Source: Myxococcota bacterium (GTDB lineage: Bacteria > Myxococcota > JACRCW01). Taken from it: a DNA stretch of 24,988 bases. Every line of letters begins with the position of its first letter. The first letter of the stretch is position 1. A program made the translations under genes and the position numbers. Below are positions 19,349 through 24,988 of the stretch, piece by piece. The notes beneath the pieces are model-generated. The model ran no database searches. It was not told where the DNA came from and worked only from the letters and a program-made list of their open reading frames with translations. The stretch lies in the NCBI GenBank assembly GCA_040752415.1, contig JBFMGU010000159.1, positions 1 through 24,988 of the forward strand. Reading direction: 5' to 3'.

Positions 19349-22096
19349 ATGCGGATGGGCATGAACGAAATGGGCCGTTGGAGCGCGGTGGCGCTGGCGG
19401 CGGTGTTGGCGGCGTGCGGCCCCACGGGGACCCCGGGCGGGGAGACCAGCAGCTCGTCGAGCGGCGGGGCGTCCACCAGCTCCGCGTCGTCGTCATCCAG
19501 CGGTGAGGCCAGCAGCTCCAGCAGCGGAGAGGCCTCGTCGTCGTCGTCGTCGTCATCCAGCGGCAACAACGGGTCCACCAGCAGCTCCAGCGGGGAGGTG
19601 TCCAGCTCCTCGTCGGGAGGAACCAGCTCCTCCAGCGGCGGCGGGGAATGTCCGCCGGTGCTCTGCGACATCGCCTGTCCGTACGGCTACCTCACCGACG
19701 AGAACGGCTGCCCCGTCTGCGGCTGCCAGCCCAACCCCGCCTCGTGCGCCACGCTCGCGCGCGACGAGTGCGCCACCCGCGCGGACTGCGCCATTGTCAC
19801 CTTTGGCGACCCCACCTCCGCCGACTTCAAGTGCTGCGAGCGCGACGTGGACGGCCGCATCATCTGCGGTGAGCCCCCGCCCCCCACCGGCTGCATCTCC
19901 GACGCGGAATGCCGTGAAGGTCAGGTCTGCGACACCACCAACTACTGCGACCCGCCCCCCGACTGCGCCCCGGGCGATGCGTGCCCCGCCGTGTGCTACG
20001 GCCGCTGCATCACCGCCGGCAGCAACGGAGAGTGCTACAGCGACTACGACTGCCTGGACTCCGAGTACTGCGCGTATTCCTCCGACGCCACGGGCTGCAA
20101 CGACTTCACCGACCCCAACTGCTTCATGCCGCCCACGGGCACATGCGAGCCGGTGGTCTGCCCCGCGGTGGAGCCGCTGTGCTCCGACGGGTCCACACCC
20201 TCGGGCTACGAGACGGTTCCGCACGGGTGCCCGGTCCCCATCTGCACCGGCGCGTGCGAAACGCTGACGCCGGAGGAATGCCAGGCCCGTCCCGACTGCG
20301 AGTCACAGTTCACGATTGACGAGTGCGTCTGCCCGCCGTGCGACGCGACGACGAACGAAGCCTGCCCCGCGTGTGATTGCCCGCCGGGCCAGTTCCAGTG
20401 CGTGACCCGTCCGTGGTGCTTTTCCGACCAGGAATGCCGCCCCGGCGAGTTCTGCGACTTCAGCTATGACCCGTGCCCGGAGTGCGACCGCCTCCCCATG
20501 GGCCTGTGCGTGCCGCGCGCCTCGCGCTGCGAGGGCCTGGATGAGGCCACCTGTCTCGTCGTGGACGGCTGCAAGCCGGTGTACCTGTGCGAGTGTGGCC
20601 CCAACGTCCCGCCCGAGCAGTGCGTCACCACCAATGACTGCAACACGTACTCCTGGTGCGCGCCGGTGGAGCAGCCCTACTGCAGCCGCGACGCGGATTG
20701 TGGCCCCGGCTACCGCTGCAACACCTGCCCGCCGGACCCCAGCTGCCCGGAGTGCGACGTGTGCGGACCGCCCGTGTGCGAGCCCAACCCGGTCACGCGC
20801 TGCACCAGCGACGCCCAGTGCGGCCCCACCGCGCACTGCGAGCTCGACGTGAACTGCGTGCCCACCCCCGACGGCACGTGCACCGGCACCTGCGTGCCCA
20901 ATGAGACCGGCTGCGACGCCATCACCGACGAGACCACCTGCTCCGCCACGCGCGGCTGCCAGCCGGTGTATGAGCCGTCCACCTGCAATGACGGTTGCCA
21001 CGACGACGAGGGTCGCATCATCAGCTGCGGTCCGTGCACCGACATTGCGTGCCCGGTGATGCCGTTCGCGCGGTGTGAGGCCACCCCGGGCTTCCAGCCG
21101 TGCTGCGCAAACGAAGGCTGCGACAGCGGTGAGGCGTGCGTCTTCCGTCGGGACATCAACCTGGGTGAGTGCATCCCCAACACGCAGTGCGGCGGCGGGA
21201 ACTTCGGCGAGTGCCCCGCGGGAAGCGAGTGCACGGTGATTGGCTGCGCCAGCTGGTGTGACGGCGTGGCCACCGACCCCAACGGCGGCACCGCTGGCTG
21301 CTGCCCGGAGTACGCCTGCGTGCAGCCCGCCCAGTGCGCCACCGACGACGACTGCAGCCCGGGCATGTTCTGCAACACCTGCCCCGCGGCCTGTGATGAC
21401 CCCACCGTGGCCTGCCCCGACGTGTGCGGCGCGCCGCGCTGTGAGTCGCTGCCGGCGGGCTCATGCAACCGCGACGTGGACTGCGGGGACGGCTGCACCT
21501 GTGCCAACGGCACGTGCAGCGCCAACGACGTCAACACAGCGTGCGACGGCGGCGGGTTCCGGTTGTGTGAGACGGACGCGCAGTGTCGTGAGGGGGAGTA
21601 CTGCCAGAAGTGTCCGCCGGGCGCGGCCTGCTTCGTGGCGGACCACTGTGAGCCCATCCCGCCACAGCGCGCCTGCACCGCGGACACGGACTGCCTCTCC
21701 GACGAGCACTGCGCGTGCGACGCCAACGTGACGACGGACTGCACCTGCGCGCCGGGCGCCCCGGACCTCCGCTACTGCACCAGTGACCTGGAGTGCCGCC
21801 CCGACGAGTACTGCCAGAAGTGCCCGCCGGGCGCCGCCTGCTTCGTGGCGGACCACTGTGAGCCGCGGGACTTCCGCACCTGCAGCACCGACGCGGAGTG
21901 TCTCCCCGACGAGTACTGCCAGGTGTGCCCGCCCAACGCCACGTGCCTGGTGGCCGACCACTGCGAGCGTCGCCCGTATGACGAGTGGATCCCCTGCGGC
22001 GCCAACACCGACTGCCCGCAAGGCATGCGCTGCGAGATGTGCCCGGATGGGGCGCAATGCTTCGTGGAAGACCACTGCGTGGCCGACCAGCCGTGA
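19349..22096 (+). CDS. Cys-rich modular lipoprotein, paralog A, 915 aa
   Basis: GGAGG RBS + ATG 19349; signal peptide with lipobox LAA-C; poly-Ser linker; antistasin-like module; many C-x5-C-x5-C and C-x7-C-x5-C modules; strong GC3 bias only from here on. Confidence 0.9.
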   Translation: MRMGMNEMGRWSAVALAAVLAACGPTGTPGGETSSSSSGGASTSSASSSSSGEASSSSSGEASSSSSSSSSGNNGSTSSSSGEVSSSSSGGTSSSSGGGECPPVLCDIACPYGYLTDENGCPVCGCQPNPASCATLARDECATRADCAIVTFGDPTSADFKCCERDVDGRIICGEPPPPTGCISDAECREGQVCDTTNYCDPPPDCAPGDACPAVCYGRCITAGSNGECYSDYDCLDSEYCAYSSDATGCNDFTDPNCFMPPTGTCEPVVCPAVEPLCSDGSTPSGYETVPHGCPVPICTGACETLTPEECQARPDCESQFTIDECVCPPCDATTNEACPACDCPPGQFQCVTRPWCFSDQECRPGEFCDFSYDPCPECDRLPMGLCVPRASRCEGLDEATCLVVDGCKPVYLCECGPNVPPEQCVTTNDCNTYSWCAPVEQPYCSRDADCGPGYRCNTCPPDPSCPECDVCGPPVCEPNPVTRCTSDAQCGPTAHCELDVNCVPTPDGTCTGTCVPNETGCDAITDETTCSATRGCQPVYEPSTCNDGCHDDEGRIISCGPCTDIACPVMPFARCEATPGFQPCCANEGCDSGEACVFRRDINLGECIPNTQCGGGNFGECPAGSECTVIGCASWCDGVATDPNGGTAGCCPEYACVQPAQCATDDDCSPGMFCNTCPAACDDPTVACPDVCGAPRCESLPAGSCNRDVDCGDGCTCANGTCSANDVNTACDGGGFRLCETDAQCREGEYCQKCPPGAACFVADHCEPIPPQRACTADTDCLSDEHCACDANVTTDCTCAPGAPDLRYCTSDLECRPDEYCQKCPPGAACFVADHCEPRDFRTCSTDAECLPDEYCQVCPPNATCLVADHCERRPYDEWIPCGANTDCPQGMRCEMCPDGAQCFVEDHCVADQP
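21565..22080 (+). repeat. five tandem ~33-36-codon six-Cys repeats in paralog A
   Basis: C-x-x-D-x-x-C-x-x-x-E-Y-C-Q-x-C-P-P-G-A-A-C-F-V-A-D-H-C units; copies at ~21596 and ~21806 are near-identical in DNA. Confidence 0.9.
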
Positions 22097-22106
22097 GCAA
22101 CGTCGC

Positions 22107-22172
22107 GGGCGTGGCGTCTCAGATTTCCGCGAGGGTCGGAGTGGGCCCTCGCACTTCTGAGGCGCCACGCTC
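22107..22172 (+). other. long intergenic RNA hairpin between the two lipoprotein genes
   Basis: GCGTGGCGTCTCAGA (22109-22123) pairs with TCTGAGGCGCCACGC (22156-22170); inner GCGAGGGTC/GGCCCTCGC; loop GGAGTG; no U tract. Confidence 0.7.
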
Positions 22173-22225
22173 CGTCCCACCCAATGTCTTCAACACCTTG
22201 CATGCCCGTCGGAGTTGCCCGGCCC

Positions 22226-22241
22226 TGGCATGCGCCTTGAT
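22226..22241 (+). promoter_or_regulatory. possible variant sigma54 promoter for paralog B
   Basis: TGGCATG-CGCC-TTGAT: good -24 box and spacing but GA instead of GC at -12. Confidence 0.35.
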
Positions 22242-22306
22242 CCCAACCCCACGGACCCTCAGCGCCTGACGTGACGCCGTCGCGGGCAGGCCTCATGGAG
22301 ATGCAC

Positions 22307-24931
22307 ATGCAGACACCAGAAACAGGGGTTTTGCGCTGTTGTCGCTCAACCCTGCTCCCAGCCTCCCTCATCGCGGTGGTGCTCGCCGGTTGCGGCGGGA
22401 CCTCGGATCCTCCCGGCGCCACCAGTTCCACCAGCTCCAGCTCAGGATCCAGCGGGCAGACCAGCTCCAGCAGCGGCAGCACCAGCTCCTCCTCGTCGGG
22501 TGGGACGTGTGAGCCGGTGACCTGTGAGATGGCGTGCCGCTACGGCTTTGCCTCCGGCCCCGACGGCTGCCTCATCTGCCAGTGCCTCCCCGACCCCCGC
22601 CACTGCGACGACCTCACGCGTGAGGAGTGCTCCGCGAACCCCGAGTGCGCGGTGGTGACGTTCTCCGACGGAGACTTCCGCTGCTGCAACCGCGACGACG
22701 ACGGCATCCACTGCAGCGAGCCGCCCCCGCCGCCGGTGTGCATCTCCGACAGCGAGTGCTCACCCGGCCAGATCTGCAACACCTGGGACTACTGCGAGCC
22801 CATGCCCGGCTGTGACAGCGGCGACTGCCCCGCGGTCTGCTACGGCCGCTGCGTTGCCGGCACCACCAACGGGGAGTGCGCCAGCGACTACGACTGCGCC
22901 TTCCACGAGCGCTGCGCTTTCTCCTCCGAGCCGGTGGCCTGCCCTGAGGATCCCAACAGCGGCGCGTGCGCGGAGCGCTACCTGGGGGAATGCGTCGTCA
23001 TTGAGTGCGCGCAGCCCATCTGCCCCGACGGCAGCGAGCCGCAGGGCTACGAGCAGATCCCGCACTCCTGCCCCATCCCCATCTGCGGTGGCGGGTGTGA
23101 GGGGCTGAGCCCGGAGATGTGCGAGGCCCGTCGGGATTGCCGCGCGATCTACGAGGCGCCGCCGTGCGACTGCGCGTGCGAACCGAACGAGGCGTGCGAG
23201 TGCGCGTGCCCCTCCGCGGGCTTCCGCTGTGAGCCGCGGCCCACCTGCTTCTCCGACCTGGACTGCCTGCCTTCGGAGTACTGCGAGTTCGCCTACAGCC
23301 CGTGCCCGGAATGCGACATGGTGGCCATGGGCATCTGCGTGGAGCGCGTGGAGCGCTGCGAGGGCCTGGACGAGGACACCTGCCGCATGACGCCGGGCTG
23401 CATCCCCAGCTACGGCGAGATCTGCCCGGCCTGCCCCGCCGACGAGCCCGGGAGCTGCCCGCCGTGCACGCAAGGCTTCATGGGCTGCAAGCCGGACCAG
23501 GTGATCCACTGCAGCCGCGACCTGGACTGCGGCCCCGGCTACCGCTGCAACACCTGCCCGCCCGACCCCACCTGCCCGGAGTGCGACGTGTGCGGCCCGC
23601 CGGTGTGCGAGCCCAACCCCGTCACGCGCTGCACGGACAACGTGGAGTGCGGTCCCGGCGCGTACTGCCGGTTCGAGGTGTGCACGGACAGCTACCCGCC
23701 GTCCTGCGTGGGCGTGTGCGAGCCGCTGGTGATGGGCTGCGAGGGCCTGGACGAGGGCACCTGCGCCAGCGCGCCGGGCTGCCAGCCGGTCTACCAGGGC
23801 GGCAACTGCAATGACGGCTGCCACGACGACCAGGGCCGCCTCACCAGCTGCGGTCCGTGCCTGGCGGTGGCGTGCGACTACGGTGAGTTCGCGTACTGCG
23901 AGACGGCGCAGTTCGACGCGTGCTGCAACAGCGAGCAGTGCCCCACCGGCCAGAGCTGCCAGTTCATCCGCGACCAGAACCTGGGTGAGTGCCTCCCCGA
24001 CGAGACGAGCTGTGGCGAGGGTCGCTACGGGGCGTGCCCGGCGGGGAGCGAGTGCCAGGTGGTGGGCTGCGCGGCGAGCTGTGGCGGCACGCCGGGCGAC
24101 CCGGGGACGGAGCCGGGGTGCTGCCCCGACTACCAGTGTGTGCCGGTGGCCGGTTGCACCTCCGACGAGCAATGCGGCCCGGGCATGTTCTGCAATGCGT
24201 GCCCGCCGGATCCCACCTGCCCCATGTGCGACGTGTGTGGTCCGTCGCGGTGTGAGTCGCTGGAGCCGGGCACCTGCCGCACGCAGGAGGACTGCCCCAT
24301 GGGCTGCGCGTGTGAGGGTCCCATGCCCACGGAGGGCCAGCCGTTCACGGGATCCTGCCTGGGCCCCGACGGACAGGTGTGCCAGGAGCGGCCGTTCCGC
24401 GTCTGTGAGAACGACGCGCAGTGCCTCCCCGACGAGTACTGCCAGCGGTGTCCGCCGGGAGCGGCGTGCTTCGTGGAGGATCACTGCGCGCCGCGGGAGC
24501 GGCCTTACCGCCTGTGCAACAGCGACGCCGAGTGCCTGGCGGACGAGCACTGCGGGACCAGCTGCGACCCGGCCATCTGCGACGAGGCCCCGCACTGCAT
24601 GCCGGGCGCTCCGACGCTGCGGGAGTGCGCCAGCGACCTGGAGTGCCGTCCGGACGAGTACTGTTTCAAGTGCCCGCCCAACGCGCTTTGCGACACGCCG
24701 GATCACTGTGAGCCGCGCGGCTTCCGCACCTGCAGCAGCGACGCGGAGTGCCTGCCCGACGAGTACTGCCAGATGTGTCCGCCGGGAGCGGCGTGCTTCG
24801 TGGCGGATCACTGTGAGCGCCGGGAATGGCGGGAGTGCAGCGGCGACGCGGACTGCCTGGCGGATGAGCACTGCGAGATGTGCCCGCCCGGCGCTGCGTG
24901 CCTGGTGGCGGATCACTGCGTGAAGGATTGA
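22307..24931 (+). CDS. Cys-rich modular lipoprotein, paralog B, ~874 aa
   Basis: Lipobox LAG-C, poly-Ser linker, same module order as paralog A (e.g. shared CGPGYRCNTCPPDP.CPECDVCGPPVCEPNPVTRC); start among ATG 22295/22301/22307, last chosen from GGAG spacing. Confidence 0.9.
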   Translation: MQTPETGVLRCCRSTLLPASLIAVVLAGCGGTSDPPGATSSTSSSSGSSGQTSSSSGSTSSSSSGGTCEPVTCEMACRYGFASGPDGCLICQCLPDPRHCDDLTREECSANPECAVVTFSDGDFRCCNRDDDGIHCSEPPPPPVCISDSECSPGQICNTWDYCEPMPGCDSGDCPAVCYGRCVAGTTNGECASDYDCAFHERCAFSSEPVACPEDPNSGACAERYLGECVVIECAQPICPDGSEPQGYEQIPHSCPIPICGGGCEGLSPEMCEARRDCRAIYEAPPCDCACEPNEACECACPSAGFRCEPRPTCFSDLDCLPSEYCEFAYSPCPECDMVAMGICVERVERCEGLDEDTCRMTPGCIPSYGEICPACPADEPGSCPPCTQGFMGCKPDQVIHCSRDLDCGPGYRCNTCPPDPTCPECDVCGPPVCEPNPVTRCTDNVECGPGAYCRFEVCTDSYPPSCVGVCEPLVMGCEGLDEGTCASAPGCQPVYQGGNCNDGCHDDQGRLTSCGPCLAVACDYGEFAYCETAQFDACCNSEQCPTGQSCQFIRDQNLGECLPDETSCGEGRYGACPAGSECQVVGCAASCGGTPGDPGTEPGCCPDYQCVPVAGCTSDEQCGPGMFCNACPPDPTCPMCDVCGPSRCESLEPGTCRTQEDCPMGCACEGPMPTEGQPFTGSCLGPDGQVCQERPFRVCENDAQCLPDEYCQRCPPGAACFVEDHCAPRERPYRLCNSDAECLADEHCGTSCDPAICDEAPHCMPGAPTLRECASDLECRPDEYCFKCPPNALCDTPDHCEPRGFRTCSSDAECLPDEYCQMCPPGAACFVADHCERREWRECSGDADCLADEHCEMCPPGAACLVADHCVKD
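24400..24920 (+). repeat. five tandem six-Cys repeats in paralog B
   Basis: C-x-x-D-A-x-C-L-x-D-E-Y/H-C-x-x-C-P-P-G-A-A-C-F/L-V-x-D-H-C units. Confidence 0.9.
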
Positions 24932-24943
24932 CCCTGTGTGGAC

Positions 24944-24983
24944 CCGGGCCGCTCACGGTTCTGACGTGGGCGGCCCGGTTGTT
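24944..24983 (+). terminator. terminator-like hairpin after paralog B
   Basis: CCGGGCCGCTCACG-GTTCTGA-CGTGGGCGGCCCGG followed by TTGTT. Confidence 0.7.
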
Positions 24984-24988
24984 CCCCT

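Noticed and set aside
22760..24916. 718-aa minus-strand ORF
   Set aside because: Antisense shadow of paralog B
21565..24920. CRISPR array or DGR template/variable repeat
   Set aside because: Repeats are in-frame coding units with synonymous variation; no spacers, cas or reverse transcriptase, and no adenine-specific differences
19349..24931. Multiheme cytochrome or Fe-S protein interpretation of the Cys-rich proteins
   Set aside because: No CxxCH series; export signal and even Cys counts per module favour disulfides

Overview
GC-rich bacterial window, most likely from a myxobacterium-like (Myxococcota) genome: the Lon N-terminus is MFFGxDDKK as in myxobacterial LonV, and there are Ser-linker, Cys-rich lipoproteins and several sigma54 promoters. 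From left to right: (1) housekeeping tRNA-Leu(TAG)-tig-clpP-clpX-lon; (2) a polytopic membrane protein, possibly a GT-C glycosyltransferase; (3) an apparently self-contained sigma54 sulfur/persulfide regulon made of an enhancer-binding protein with a one-Cys PAS-like sensor, a YeeE/YedE pair, a type I persulfide dioxygenase, a rhodanese, TauE/SafE and a convergent type II persulfide dioxygenase, with three correctly spaced -24/-12 promoters each preceded by TG(A/C)AAC repeat arrays and no SQR in the window; (4) a secreted beta-carbonic anhydrase with its own sigma54 promoter, and Fe-SOD; (5) a divergent PrmA-like methyltransferase / His-tail DMT transporter pair, an atypical tRNA-Val(TAC) and an apparently catalytically degenerate GlmU-like protein; (6) two tandem paralogous ~900-aa lipoproteins (~15% Cys) with an N-terminal antistasin-like module carrying an acidic P1 residue and internally homogenised C-terminal repeats. 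No integrase, transposase or CRISPR array was seen. All calls come from reading motifs by eye; no searches were run.
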